A stretch of DNA of 64,000 nucleotides, taken from Planctomycetota bacterium. Its GTDB lineage: Bacteria; Planctomycetota; UBA1135; UBA2386. A model generated the notes under the pieces. The model was not told the origin of the DNA. It saw only the letters and a list, made by a program, of their open reading frames with translations, and made no database searches. The stretch spans positions 352,001-416,000 of the forward strand of contig JBKAGP010000001.1 in NCBI GenBank assembly GCA_046290465.1, read 5' to 3'. The translations under genes were made by a program, and so were the position numbers. Shown one piece after another: positions 10,448 through 22,706 of the stretch (position 1 is the first letter of the stretch; every line of letters starts with the position of its first letter).

Positions 10448-10885
10448 ATGGCCCACACGATGGTGACGAGCAGGTTCCGATCCATGTTGCGAGGATTCGC
10501 GGGATTCGTTGCCGGTGGCGTGGTGGGGGTGCTGTGCCTGTCGATCCTCCTCGGTGTCGTCAACCGGGACTGGCTTTGCTACCACGACATTTACGAGTGG
10601 CGCTGGAGTGTTCCGGTCGTCAGTGGCTGCGTGGGTGCTTGGCTGGCTATCCGGTCGCCAGTCCACTGCAGGATGCTGGCGTGCCTGTCGTTCGCAGCAA
10701 CCCCCGTCGTGTGTTTCGGGGTTCTCGCCTACGTCATGTTCGAGGGGTATCCAGTGCCGCGCACGACGCCATGGATCTGGTGCGCTCCGGTAGCCGTCTT
10801 CGCGTCCGGGCTGGCTGGCATCGTCGGCGCCCGACGAACGTCGCGCCGATCGCCGACCCAGCCGCTCAGCCTTCCGCCGTCTTGA
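10448..10885 (+). CDS. Hypothetical membrane protein (about 4 TM)
   Basis: Four hydrophobic stretches; AAGGA upstream; 3' end overlaps the convergent MCP by 20 nt. Confidence 0.55.
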   Translation: MAHTMVTSRFRSMLRGFAGFVAGGVVGVLCLSILLGVVNRDWLCYHDIYEWRWSVPVVSGCVGAWLAIRSPVHCRMLACLSFAATPVVCFGVLAYVMFEGYPVPRTTPWIWCAPVAVFASGLAGIVGARRTSRRSPTQPLSLPPS

Positions 10886-12766
10886 ACCCGCCGAGGATCT
10901 CCCGCAGCCGCGCCACCTGGTCGGACGACTCCCGCGCGCTCGCCGCGAGCTGCTCGGCGCTGGCCGAGCTCTGCGACGCGACCTGGCCCAGCTGGCAGAC
11001 GCCGATGTTCATCTCGCTCATGCTGCTGGCCTGATCCGCGGCCGCGCCGGTCACCTGCTGCAGGCGGTCGTCGACCTGGTCGACCTGCGCCAGGATCTGC
11101 TCGAAGAACTCGCGCACCTGGTCGGCCAGCCGCGCCGTCTCGCGAGTGCGCCGGTCGGACTCCTGCATGATCGCGCTGGTGCGGCGGGCGGCGTCGGCCG
11201 AGCGCAGCGCCAGCGCGCGCACCTCCTCGGCGACCACCCCGAAGCCCTTGCCCGCGTCGCCGGCCCGCGCCGCCTCGACCGCGGCGTTCAGCGCCAGCAG
11301 GTTGGTCTGGAACGCGATCCCGTCGATCTCGTCGATGACGCCGACGACCTCGCGCGAGGACGCTTCGAGCGCCTGCATCGTGTCGGCCATCGAGGTGATC
11401 TGCTCGCGCCCTTCGCCGGCGGTCTTGCGGGTCCGACCCGACTCGTCCGCCGCGAGCCGCACGTCGTCGCAGCTGGCCTTGGAGCGGTCGGTGATGAAGG
11501 CGATGTTGGAGCTGATCTGTTCGACGCAGGCGGCCTGCTCGCAGGCGCCCGAGGCGATCGTCGCGGCGACGCTCGACAGCTGCTCCGAGCCCTCGTCGAT
11601 GCGCGCGGTGCGGGTGATCGTGTCCCGGATCACCGCCGAGATCCGCGCCGCGAACGTGTTGAAGCGCTCGGCCAGCGCGCTGAGCTCGTCGCCGTGCGAG
11701 GTGTCCATGCGTTGCGACAGGTCGCGGTCGCCGTCGGCGATCTCGGCCAGCCGCGCCGTCATCATCGCGATGCGGCGCAGGATCGAGCGCAGGATGCCGG
11801 TGCCGAGCACCAGCGCCGTCGCCGCGACGCCGAGGGTGAACAGCGCCCACAGGTTGCACGCGTGCAGCGCCTGGTCGTGTTCGTCGGCGGCGTCGGTACG
11901 CAGCTCTCCCAGCAGCCGTTCTTCGATCTCGTGCAGGCGGTCGATCCAGCGCGTCGCCGCCGCGAACACCTCGGCCGCGCTGCCGTCGAGGGTCTGCGTC
12001 GCGCGCTCGCGGGCGCGGGCTCGCCAGGACGTGAACCCGGTGAACTCGGGCCTTGCAGGGCCCGTGCCAGCAGGTCGCGCGCGTCGTCGGAGGCGAGCGC
12101 CTGGTATTCGTCGACGTAGACCTGCTGTTCGGCGACCAGTGCGACGAATCGCTCGTAGAGGCCGTCGGCGAAGCCGTCGGCGGCAAACGCGCTGGCCAGG
12201 GTCGCGCGCTCGAGGCCGGCCCGGTCCCTGGCCTGCAGGAACGACGCCAGCGCCAGCACGCGGCGCACGATCGTGCTGGTGGGGCTCTCGGCGGCCATCG
12301 CCGTGATCGCGCGCAGCAGGTCCTGGTGGATCGCGGTGTAGCGCGCCACCGCCTCGCCGCGCGCGACCGATTGGCGGTCGACCTCGCTACGCAGCTCGGC
12401 GATGGCGCGCAGGTGCTGCATGCCCGACGACACCGCGGCGGCGAATCCGTCGCCGTCGGTACGCGATGCGAGGCGTTCGACGTGTTGCCTGGCGATGGCG
12501 ATCGCCCGGTCGGTGCGTTCGCGTTGCTCGGCCAGTTCGGCCGCGAAGCGCTCGCCCCCGCTGGCCAGGAAGGCCGCCGTCCGTCCCCGTTCCTTCTGCG
12601 ACTCGTGCACGATGCTGCTCAGCGTCGCGTTGAGGTCGCAATCGCCCTGCAGGTCGGCGAGCACCTCGGCGCGGTGCCAGCTGCGGGCGAAGCCGCGCGC
12701 GCCGAGCGCGAGCAGGCCGAACAGCGGCAGGGCCAGGATGGACAGGAGCTTCCACTTGATGGTCAT
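10866..12766 (-). pseudogene. Methyl-accepting chemotaxis protein with NIT (nitrate/nitrite-sensing) domain, frameshifted near 11990-12050
   Basis: 5' frame: TM + VHESQKERG...AGLERATL (NIT). 3' frame: TM-HAMP + [34 protein letters not shown]. The two halves are in different frames; real lesion or assembly error. Confidence 0.8.
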
Positions 12767-13010
12767 GGACGGGCAGCGCGTGATGGCGTTACGGGAATTG
12801 CCCCAGTGGATCGACCTACGGCGTTGTGCGGCATTAGCGGCGATTGGCCCGGTACGGGGCCGTCGGGACGGGGTTGTCCCCTAGGGGTTGCGTCGAGGTG
12901 TCGACGCGGACGGCCGCTGGCTGCCGCGAGGAAGTTGCGGTCGTCGCCGAGAACGCGCGCACGATCGCCTACCGTGGGTGACGACGAGCACGGCTCGTCG
13001 AGGAGACTCC

Positions 13011-13445
13011 ATGGCAAGCAACACCTTCGTGGGCGCCGTCTGCGCCCTGCTCGTGATCCCCGCAGCGCTGATGCAGAACGGCCCCGGCCCCCAGCACGCG
13101 ACCGAGCAGCAGGATCCGCAGGCCAGCGCCCACGCGCTTGCCCGGTTCGAAGCGGTCGAACAGTTCTTCCAGCACCTGGCCGATCTGCAGAAGGCCGGCC
13201 ACGCTGCCGGCATGGCGATCGAGGACGAGGTGCGGTGGTCGCTGCGCTACGTCGACGCCGCGGTCGCCGCCGGCAAGATGACCGCCGCCGAAGCCTGCAC
13301 GGCGCATCTCGAACGCGTGCAGCGCAAGGTGCGCAGCCTGCAGAGCCTGCACGAGGCCGGCCGCGTCAGCTTCCCGGAGCTGGCCAAGGCGCGCTACCAC
13401 CTCGCCGACGCAAAGCTGCGGCTGGCGAACGCACCGCAGAAGTAG
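13011..13445 (+). CDS. Hypothetical exported helical protein
   Basis: AGGAG RBS, N-terminal hydrophobic segment, host-like codon usage. Confidence 0.75.
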   Translation: MASNTFVGAVCALLVIPAALMQNGPGPQHATEQQDPQASAHALARFEAVEQFFQHLADLQKAGHAAGMAIEDEVRWSLRYVDAAVAAGKMTAAEACTAHLERVQRKVRSLQSLHEAGRVSFPELAKARYHLADAKLRLANAPQK

Positions 13446-13458
13446 TTCGATCGCCGGC

Positions 13459-14853
13459 GTGAGTCCGACCGACGACCCCGTGCTGCGACGCGGCCCGTTC
13501 TTCGCCGTGCTGCTGCAGGGGCTGCCGCTCGCGATCGGGCTGGCTTCGCACGCCGTCATCAACCTGGTCGACCTCGCGATGGTCGGCCGGCTCGGGGACG
13601 ACGCGGTGCAGTCCGCGCACGTCGCGACGACGTGGAACTTCCTGCCGATGATCGTCGGCCAGGTCGTCTCGACGGCGCTGCTCGCGCAGCTCTCGCGGCA
13701 GCTCGGCCGCGGCGACGTCGACGGGGCCCGGCGGCGTAACGTGCGCGCGCAGGTGTTCATGGTCTGGCTCGGCCTCGCACTCGGTGTCGCGTCGGCGCTG
13801 CCGGCGGCGCTGCAGGTCGACGCGGTGGGCGTGACCGGTGCGGTGCGCAGCGAGGCGCTGCACTACCTGATCGTCAGCAACCTCGGCTGCCTGCCGATGT
13901 TCGTCATGATGCAGACGACCGCGGCGATGCGTGCCGCCGGCGAGGCGATCGCGCCGCTGTGCGTGCTGCTCGGCGCGAACGTGATCAACCTCGGCCTCGA
14001 CGTGGTGCTGCTGTTCGGCTGGCCCCAGCTCGGCATCCCGTCGGTGGGGGTGGTCGGCGCCGCCTACGCGTCGGTGGTGTCGCGTTCGATCGCCGCCGGG
14101 TTCGCGATCTGGTGGCTGCGGCGGCCGGGGCACGCGCTGCCGTGGCGGCGCGTCACGGCCGCACGCGACGGCGCCGGAGGCGACCTCGCGGTGGTCGCGC
14201 CGCTGCTGCGCGACGCGTGGCCGCAGGCGGTGCAGATCGTGCTGCGCGCGCTGGTGGTCGTGGCGTTGACCGTGATCGTGCAGCAGCACTTCGGCGACGA
14301 CGTCACCGTGTCGCTCGGCGTGACCACGCGACTCGACACGCTGGTGCTGTTCTCGTCGCTCGGCTTCGCCAGTGCCGCGACCGCCTACGCCGGCCGCGCC
14401 GTGCCCGCCGGGCTGGTCTGGCGCGCGCGCCTGGCCGGCGTCGCTGCGGCGGGGCAGTCGATGGCGTTCGGCGCGACGTTCGTCTGGTTCTACACCGCCG
14501 AGTGCGAGGTGGTGCTGCGCTGGTTCCTGCCGGAGCCGTCGCCGGTCACCGAGCACGCCACCGGCACCTACTTCGGCATCGCGGCGTGGAGCCAGGTGCT
14601 CGGCGCCGGCGCGCTGGGTGCGATCGGCGCGGTGCAGGGAGCCGGCTTCATGCGGGCGCCGATGGTCGTCGACCTGGTGGCGTTCGCGCTCGCCGGAGCG
14701 CTGCTGTGGGCGGCGGCGCAGTCCGACAGCATGCTCGCCGACTACTACTTGGTGCTGGTCGTCGGCATGGCGATCGTCGCGGTGCTGCAGCTGGCCCTGG
14801 TGCTGTTCGGCCGCTGGGCCCGGGCGGCGGCGCCCGAGGACCTGTCAGCCTGA
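13459..14853 (+). CDS. MATE family efflux transporter
   Basis: About 12 TM segments; VDLAMVGRLG, NVINLGLDVVLLFG..GVVGAAYAS. Confidence 0.9.
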   Translation: MSPTDDPVLRRGPFFAVLLQGLPLAIGLASHAVINLVDLAMVGRLGDDAVQSAHVATTWNFLPMIVGQVVSTALLAQLSRQLGRGDVDGARRRNVRAQVFMVWLGLALGVASALPAALQVDAVGVTGAVRSEALHYLIVSNLGCLPMFVMMQTTAAMRAAGEAIAPLCVLLGANVINLGLDVVLLFGWPQLGIPSVGVVGAAYASVVSRSIAAGFAIWWLRRPGHALPWRRVTAARDGAGGDLAVVAPLLRDAWPQAVQIVLRALVVVALTVIVQQHFGDDVTVSLGVTTRLDTLVLFSSLGFASAATAYAGRAVPAGLVWRARLAGVAAAGQSMAFGATFVWFYTAECEVVLRWFLPEPSPVTEHATGTYFGIAAWSQVLGAGALGAIGAVQGAGFMRAPMVVDLVAFALAGALLWAAAQSDSMLADYYLVLVVGMAIVAVLQLALVLFGRWARAAAPEDLSA

Positions 14854-15065
14854 CAGGGGCGTTTTGGCCGGCGGCTGCCAGATTGGCGCGCCGGGACGGC
14901 CTTCGATTGCCGTAAGTCGTTGTTCCACCGTTGGTAGAACCGCGATTCCGGTTGGGCACGCGATTTGTCTAGGGGGGTGCAGCGGCCCCGAGGTGCGGGG
15001 GCGCATCCCGTTGCATATCGGTCCGGTCGGCGCGCAGGCGTCGGCGCGGACGCCAGGAGTCAAGT

Positions 15066-16985
<1,920 letters not shown>

Positions 16986-17016
16986 CGTCCGCCGCGCCGG
17001 GAGCTACGCTCTCGGC

Positions 17017-17598
17017 GTGACGAACCTGCAGGCGCTGGACCGGACGTGGGGGCTCGCCTTCGGCGACGCCCGGCCGGTTCCGAGCAGCCTGCGGAGAGGC
17101 TTCGCGGACCGCTGGGTGCGGTTCTACTCGCTGCCCCGGGGCAAGCGCTACGCGGAGAGCCCTGCCGAACGGGGCGAGGTCCGTGCGCGCCACGCAGCCG
17201 TGCTCGACCAGCTGTTCGAGCCCGACGAGCCGCTGTTCGTCTTGTCCGGCTGCTACGCCGAGCACGCGGGCGAGGTCCGGCGTCCGAGGGCCTGGACCGA
17301 CGTGGATCCGGACGCGCAGCCGTGGTGCATGGTCGTGGTCGACGACAGCGACGACGATCCGTCGTTCCTGCACCTCTGGGCCAGCGCGTGCACCTGGAGG
17401 CCCGGCGCGTTCGACGGCCTGCTGGACCGCGTCGCCGAGTGGCAGATCGTCGAGGCGGCGATGGTGTCCGCGCGCAGCGGCGCGTGCTACCACCCGTACA
17501 ACGGCGGCGGCGACGTGATCCACGTCGACCGCGACCGCCGCGACGCGCTTGCCCGGCGGTTCGCGTCGTGGCGCAGCCAGCGCCTCGACGGCCTGTGA
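17017..17598 (+). CDS. DUF3885-like protein
   Basis: RWVRFYSLP..KRYA and YHPYNGGGDV motifs; TACGCT 6 nt before the GTG. Confidence 0.7.
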   Translation: MTNLQALDRTWGLAFGDARPVPSSLRRGFADRWVRFYSLPRGKRYAESPAERGEVRARHAAVLDQLFEPDEPLFVLSGCYAEHAGEVRRPRAWTDVDPDAQPWCMVVVDDSDDDPSFLHLWASACTWRPGAFDGLLDRVAEWQIVEAAMVSARSGACYHPYNGGGDVIHVDRDRRDALARRFASWRSQRLDGL

Positions 17599-17638
17599 CC
17601 GCCTCGTGCTGCGGCAATGGTCGCGCTACGCTGCGTGC

Positions 17639-17848
17639 ATGAGTTCGGAGAACCCCACGCGGGGCGGAGGAATACTCAAGCTCCTGGGCCTGCTGTTCGC
17701 CTTCAACGCCGCTGCCCTGATCTGGGTCGGTGTGCAGCTGCAGCGTCTCAACGGCGACTACAGCACGTCGATCGTCGGCGGCGTCATGGCGGTGGTCGCG
17801 TGCGTCGTGTTCTGCGCCGGCATCGTCGCCGGCAACCGCGACAGGTAG
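17639..17848 (+). CDS. Small 2-TM membrane protein
   Basis: 69 aa, two hydrophobic helices; TACGCT 6 nt before the ATG. Confidence 0.65.
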   Translation: MSSENPTRGGGILKLLGLLFAFNAAALIWVGVQLQRLNGDYSTSIVGGVMAVVACVVFCAGIVAGNRDR

Positions 17849-17858
17849 CCCGTCCGCG

Positions 17859-18746
17859 TTATCTCGCCGGCCGGTCGCCGCGGCGCAGGATCGCCTGCTG
17901 TTCCTCGGTGATGCCCTTGGCGAACAGGAACTTGTAGGCGCCGTGGTAGCGGCAGTGGTCGCAGCGCGGGTCCATCCCCACGCCGGCGCGCCGGTGCAGC
18001 CAGCAGGTGCGCAGGTCCATGGCGCCCCAGACGGTGTTGCAGCGCTTGCAGTGCGCCTGCTTGCCGGCGTCGTGCTGGCTGTCCGTCTGCAGGGCGCGGA
18101 TCGCGTCGACCAGCGGCTTGCTGAGGTCCTTCTTGAACAGCTGGTTGTGTTGGTGGTTGCGGGCGCGCTCGTTCTTGGCGTCGCGCAGGGCGTCGACGAT
18201 CTGCGCGTGCAGGTCGACGACCTCGACGCCGGCCTTCCGCATGCGGCGCTTGGCGACCTCGTTGTAGCGAGCGACGTCGCGCGGATCGATCGCCGAGCTC
18301 TTCTGGCGCGGGTTGAGGGGCATCGTGCTCAGCCACAGCACGCGGTGGGTCGACGCGTGGAGCCGCTCGGCGAGCCGCTCGAGGTTGTCGCCGTACTGCT
18401 CCAGGCCAGTGACCGGCACGCCGCCGGCCTTCGGGCTCATCGCGCGGATCTGCTTGCTGGTCGGGTCGCGGTGCATCAGGTCGTTGAGCCCGAGGTTGAC
18501 GCAGATGACGTCCCAGCGCTGCTTCTGCAGCACCTCCTCTGCGTGCTCCAGCATGGCGCCACTGCTCAGGTGGCCGAGCGGCGAACGCAGGACCGTGGCC
18601 CTGCCCTTGAGCGCCTTCTGCGTGTTCTGGAAGTGGTTGTTCAGGCTGATGTCGCCGACCAGCAGCACGCGCGGAAGCTTGGGCTTGGCCGGCTGCTGTG
18701 CAGCGGCGATGACGGCGAGCAGGGCGATGGCGAGGCCGAACCGCAT
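17859..18746 (-). CDS. Secreted SGNH/GDSL-like protein with degenerate catalytic motifs and a Cys-rich C-terminal tail
   Basis: Signal peptide; LPRVLLVGDISL, WDVICVNLGLND; tail CKRC..C..H..CDHC; GGAGG RBS and TGATG overlap. Confidence 0.8.
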   Translation of the reverse strand: MRFGLAIALLAVIAAAQQPAKPKLPRVLLVGDISLNNHFQNTQKALKGRATVLRSPLGHLSSGAMLEHAEEVLQKQRWDVICVNLGLNDLMHRDPTSKQIRAMSPKAGGVPVTGLEQYGDNLERLAERLHASTHRVLWLSTMPLNPRQKSSAIDPRDVARYNEVAKRRMRKAGVEVVDLHAQIVDALRDAKNERARNHQHNQLFKKDLSKPLVDAIRALQTDSQHDAGKQAHCKRCNTVWGAMDLRTCWLHRRAGVGMDPRCDHCRYHGAYKFLFAKGITEEQQAILRRGDRPAR

Positions 18747-20107
18747 CACGCCTCCTTCCTCAGAGCGGTCATCGGGCCGGTGCTGTCGGCGAACCGCTCG
18801 ACCGGCACGTCGACGGCGTGCAGCATCGACACGAACAGGTTGGCGAGCGGCACCTTGTCGTCGCCGACGAAGCGATGCAGCCGGCCGTGCTCGAAGCCGA
18901 GCGCGTCGCCACCAGCGACCTGGATCGGGTAGTTCTGCGTGTTGTGCGCCTGGTGGGGGTGGGCCGAGCCCCACAGCACGACGGTGTGGTCCAGCATGTC
19001 GCCGTCGCCTTCCTTGGCGGACCGCAGCTTGTCGAGGAAGTAGGCGTGCTGCTTCGCGCGCCACTGCTCCCAGCGGCCCGAGATGTCCTTCGGCCGCTTG
19101 TGCGAGATGTCGTGCGTGTTGCCCGGGTAGCCGAGCAGGTAGTTCGAGTAGTTGCCGACCTCGTGCGACGTCGACTGCTCGCTCTCGGTCATGAACGTCG
19201 CGTACCGGGTCAGGTCGGTCTGCAGCGCCAGGAACAGCAGGTCGTACATCGTGCGCACGTACTCCTCGGGCTGCTTGGCGGTGACATCGAGGCGCAGGCC
19301 CGACGCGTCGACCTCCGGCATCGGTTCGTGTGTCCACCGGTCGATGCGCTCGATGCGCTTCTCGGCGTCGCGCACCGACTCGAGGTACTCGGCCATCTTC
19401 TGCTGGTCGGCGCGCGAGAGGCGCCGGTCGAGGTCCTTCGACTGCTCGAGCACGAGGTCGAGCACCGAGCGGCGCGTCTGCAGCTCCTTGCGCACGTCGG
19501 CGAGGTCGCGGCCGGCGTACGGCCGGAACATGCGGTCAAAGATCTGGCGCGGCTTGTGCAGCGCCGGAATCGGCTTGCCCGGGCCGCGGTGCGACAGCGT
19601 CTTGGCGGCGCCGTAGCTGCCGGTGCCGCCCTCGGTCCCGAGCACCAGCGACGCGTAGCGCGTCTCGGCGCCGTGCGCGTTCGCCGCGACCTGGTCGATC
19701 GAGATGTTGTTGGTCTTCTCGAGGTCGGCCATGTCGGCGCCGGTCGCGAACACGTCGCCGGAGCTGTGGCCGCCGAGCTTGTGGCCGCCGGCGTGGTCGA
19801 GGCCCTGCAGGTAGCTCAGCCGGTTCTGGAACGACGCGAACGGCGCGCTCGCCTTGTTGAACGTCAGCGGGCCCGGGTCGCGGCACGGCCACCAGCTCCA
19901 GTCGTGGTGCGGCTTGCTGAGGTCGGTGATGCCGCTCGGGCCGTTCGGCATGTAGGCGCCGTACGAGATGTAGGTCGCGACCAGGCGCTTTGGGCGCGCG
20001 GGCGGCGAGGTGCGGCCGGTCATGCCTTCGAGCAGCGGCAGCGCCAGCGCCGCGCCGGCGCCGCGCAGCAGCTGGCGACGGTCGAGGTTCCAGGGCTTGC
20101 GGGTCAT
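18746..20107 (-). CDS. DUF1552 family protein (twin-Arg-like leader)
   Basis: LDRRQLLRGAGAALALPLLEGM, SIDQVAA, YLESVRDAEKRI, LALQTDLTR, PLANLF; ATGA overlap. Confidence 0.9.
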   Translation of the reverse strand: MTRKPWNLDRRQLLRGAGAALALPLLEGMTGRTSPPARPKRLVATYISYGAYMPNGPSGITDLSKPHHDWSWWPCRDPGPLTFNKASAPFASFQNRLSYLQGLDHAGGHKLGGHSSGDVFATGADMADLEKTNNISIDQVAANAHGAETRYASLVLGTEGGTGSYGAAKTLSHRGPGKPIPALHKPRQIFDRMFRPYAGRDLADVRKELQTRRSVLDLVLEQSKDLDRRLSRADQQKMAEYLESVRDAEKRIERIDRWTHEPMPEVDASGLRLDVTAKQPEEYVRTMYDLLFLALQTDLTRYATFMTESEQSTSHEVGNYSNYLLGYPGNTHDISHKRPKDISGRWEQWRAKQHAYFLDKLRSAKEGDGDMLDHTVVLWGSAHPHQAHNTQNYPIQVAGGDALGFEHGRLHRFVGDDKVPLANLFVSMLHAVDVPVERFADSTGPMTALRKEA

Positions 20108-22674
20108 TTCGTGGTCCTCGCGGTGAACTGGTCGCAGGTGCAGATCGACACGATCAGGTCCTCGAGTCGGTAGCCGTTCGGCCGCCCGTCGCGCAGCAGC
20201 CGTTCGATCACGTAGCGGTCGCGGTAGGTCAGCTCGCGGCCCAGCGCGTGGGCGAGCAGCCGACGGGTGACGTTGGCGGCGAAGTCGTCGAGGCGCTCCG
20301 CGAGCAGGTAGCGCTTCAGGCCGGCGACGCCGTCGACCTCGGGGCCGTTGGGCAGCCGCGAGGTGGCGTCGACGTCCTGCGTGCACAGGCCGTCGAGGTA
20401 GCTGCGGTAGCCGTCGAGGTCGCGGTGCGTGTTGGCGTCGAAGCCCTGGATCCGGGTGCCCGCGGGCGCGACCTTCGGTGCCCAGCGGCCGGTCGCGTCG
20501 TACTCCTCGAACGGGATGCCCCACGGATCGAGGCGCGCGTGGCAGTCGCGGCAGCTCTCCTTGGTGCGGTGGACGCGTAGCAGGTCCTTCAGCGTGACCG
20601 CCTCGCTGGGCTGCTCGCCGGCCGACTGCTCCAAGGCCGGTACGTCCGCCGGCGGGTCGGGCACGTGGTCGCCGAGGATCGCCTCGCGCAGCCAGACCGC
20701 ACGGTAGACCGGATGCGGCGCGGTGCCGGTCGACGTTCCCACCAGGAACGCGCCCTGCGTCAGCAGCCCGCCGAGGTGGTGCTCGGGTCGGAGTTCGACC
20801 GGCCGCAGTGCGTGGCCCTGCACGCCGTCGACACCGTAGTGCGCGGCGAGCCGCCGGTTCAGCATCGCGAAGTCCGCGTCGATCAGCTGCGCGACCGGGG
20901 CGTTGCGGCGGATCAACTCTGCGACGAACGCCACCGTCTCGTCGTGCATCATCTCGCGCACCGTCGGCCGGTTCGAGACCTCCTGGCCGCGCCGTTCGCC
21001 GCGCGCGATCGTGTAGAGGAAGCGCGGGAAGCGCTCGAGGTTGATCGGCACCGCCCGCTGCTTGTCGAGCGCCAGCCACTGGCTCGCGAAGTTTGCGACG
21101 AAGTCGTCGCTGCGCGGATCGGCGAGCATGCGCCGCGCCTGCGCGGCGAGCACCTCGGGCTGCGCGAGCTCGCCGCGGCGCGCCAGCTCGAACAGTTCCC
21201 GGTCGGGCATCGACGCCCACAGGAAGTACGACAGCCGGCACGCGAGCTCGTGCTGCGGGTGGCCGCGGCCGTCGGTGTGCTGCAGGAACTCGGGCGAGAT
21301 CAGCGCGGTCGCGAGCGTCTCGCGCATCGCCTCTTCGAGCGTCTCGAGGCCGAGGCGCTCTTGCACCAGCGTGTAGATGCGTTCGTAGCGCGCCAGCTCT
21401 GCCTCGCCGACGGGCCGGCGGAACGCGCGCGGCAGGAACCGCGCCAGCACCGCGCGCACGTAGACCTTCGGGTCGCGCTCGCGGTCGGGCGAGTCGAACA
21501 GGATGCGGGTGTGGTGCTCGGGCGGCCAGCTGTCGAACACCGGCGCCTCGAACTCCATCCAGTCGACGACCGCGCGCGGCCGGGTCAGCGGGTCGGGGCG
21601 GTCGTTGAGCGTGCCGTCGTCGTAGATGTTGACCGGCGTCACCGTGAAGTGCGGCGCGGTCACGATCAGCCGGCCGTCGATCTTGCCGCCGCGGCGGTAG
21701 CGATGCTCGGGCTTGGACGGGAAGTTCTCGATCCTGCCGGTCAGCTCGTAGACCTGCGGCGCGTCGGCGCGGTTCTGCAGCCGGAGCACGCCGACCGGGC
21801 GCGCCGGGCTCAGTCCCGACACGCCGACGCCGACGATGTCGTGGCCGAGCATGATCTGCAGTGGCATCTCGTCGACGCCAGCTGGCAGGATCGCGCTCGC
21901 CTGCAGCCGAATCCGGAACGTGCCCGTCTGCGGCCACTCGAACACCCGCATGCCGTTGGCGACCGTACGGTTGCGGTTGCCGAACACGCCGAGCTCGTCG
22001 CGCTGCATGCCGGTCGGATCGGGCATGCCGCGCTGCTCGTGCGCCTGCCACGACTGGCGCGTGCGATGCACCTCGGGCGGGGTCGGGTCGACGATCACCG
22101 AGGCCATCGCGCGCCGGGCGTTCTCGCCGTAGCGGTCGAGGTGCTCGAGCCCCATCAACAAGAAGCCCGGCGTGTTGTTGGAGCGGTAGGGCCGGGACGG
22201 GTCCTCGGGCAGGTTGTCGGACAGCTCGAGCTCGACCCCGAGCAGGTCGCGCATCGTGTTGTGGTACTCGACGTTGGTCAGCCGTCGCAGCGTCGGCGGC
22301 GCCTCGGCGGCGGCGACTCTTGCGACCAACGCCTGCAGCTCGCGGTCGATCCAGGAGGCGAGGCGTTCTCGGTCCTGCTGGTCGGGCTGCGGCTCGTCCT
22401 CGGGTGGCATCTCGCCGCTGTGCAGCATGTCCAGCACCAGCTCCCAGGTCTCGACATGCTGGCCGCTCGCCGGGCCGTTGGCGAACGCGTGCAGCGCCAC
22501 GTCGCCCTTCTGCTTGTCCTCGCCGTGGCAGCGCACGCAGTGCGCGCGGAAGAACGGCTGCGCGAGCGACGTGTAGCTCGCGCGCGCCTGCTCTCCGGAG
22601 GGGGCTTCCTGCGCGGCGGCGCCGAGCGTCAGCAGCGCGAGGGCTGCGACGCCGCAGGACGAGGGGGACGGCAT
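20104..22674 (-). CDS. Planctomycete cytochrome c / PSD-domain protein (DUF1587/1592/1588/1585/1595-type)
   Basis: Heme motifs CVRCH and CRDCH; LRRLTNVEYHNT, RAFRRP, RLSYFLWASMPD, FASQWL, GGLLTQGA. Confidence 0.92.
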   Translation of the reverse strand: MPSPSSCGVAALALLTLGAAAQEAPSGEQARASYTSLAQPFFRAHCVRCHGEDKQKGDVALHAFANGPASGQHVETWELVLDMLHSGEMPPEDEPQPDQQDRERLASWIDRELQALVARVAAAEAPPTLRRLTNVEYHNTMRDLLGVELELSDNLPEDPSRPYRSNNTPGFLLMGLEHLDRYGENARRAMASVIVDPTPPEVHRTRQSWQAHEQRGMPDPTGMQRDELGVFGNRNRTVANGMRVFEWPQTGTFRIRLQASAILPAGVDEMPLQIMLGHDIVGVGVSGLSPARPVGVLRLQNRADAPQVYELTGRIENFPSKPEHRYRRGGKIDGRLIVTAPHFTVTPVNIYDDGTLNDRPDPLTRPRAVVDWMEFEAPVFDSWPPEHHTRILFDSPDRERDPKVYVRAVLARFLPRAFRRPVGEAELARYERIYTLVQERLGLETLEEAMRETLATALISPEFLQHTDGRGHPQHELACRLSYFLWASMPDRELFELARRGELAQPEVLAAQARRMLADPRSDDFVANFASQWLALDKQRAVPINLERFPRFLYTIARGERRGQEVSNRPTVREMMHDETVAFVAELIRRNAPVAQLIDADFAMLNRRLAAHYGVDGVQGHALRPVELRPEHHLGGLLTQGAFLVGTSTGTAPHPVYRAVWLREAILGDHVPDPPADVPALEQSAGEQPSEAVTLKDLLRVHRTKESCRDCHARLDPWGIPFEEYDATGRWAPKVAPAGTRIQGFDANTHRDLDGYRSYLDGLCTQDVDATSRLPNGPEVDGVAGLKRYLLAERLDDFAANVTRRLLAHALGRELTYRDRYVIERLLRDGRPNGYRLEDLIVSICTCDQFTARTTK

Positions 22675-22706
22675 GGCGTCATCCTAGCCAATCGGGGCGC
22701 GCGCGA

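Noticed and set aside
14854..15065. CIRCE or sigma54 site upstream of dnaK
   Set aside because: No TTAGCACTC-N9-GAGTGCTAA; GGCACGCGATTTGT (14955-14968) lacks the conserved -12 GC.
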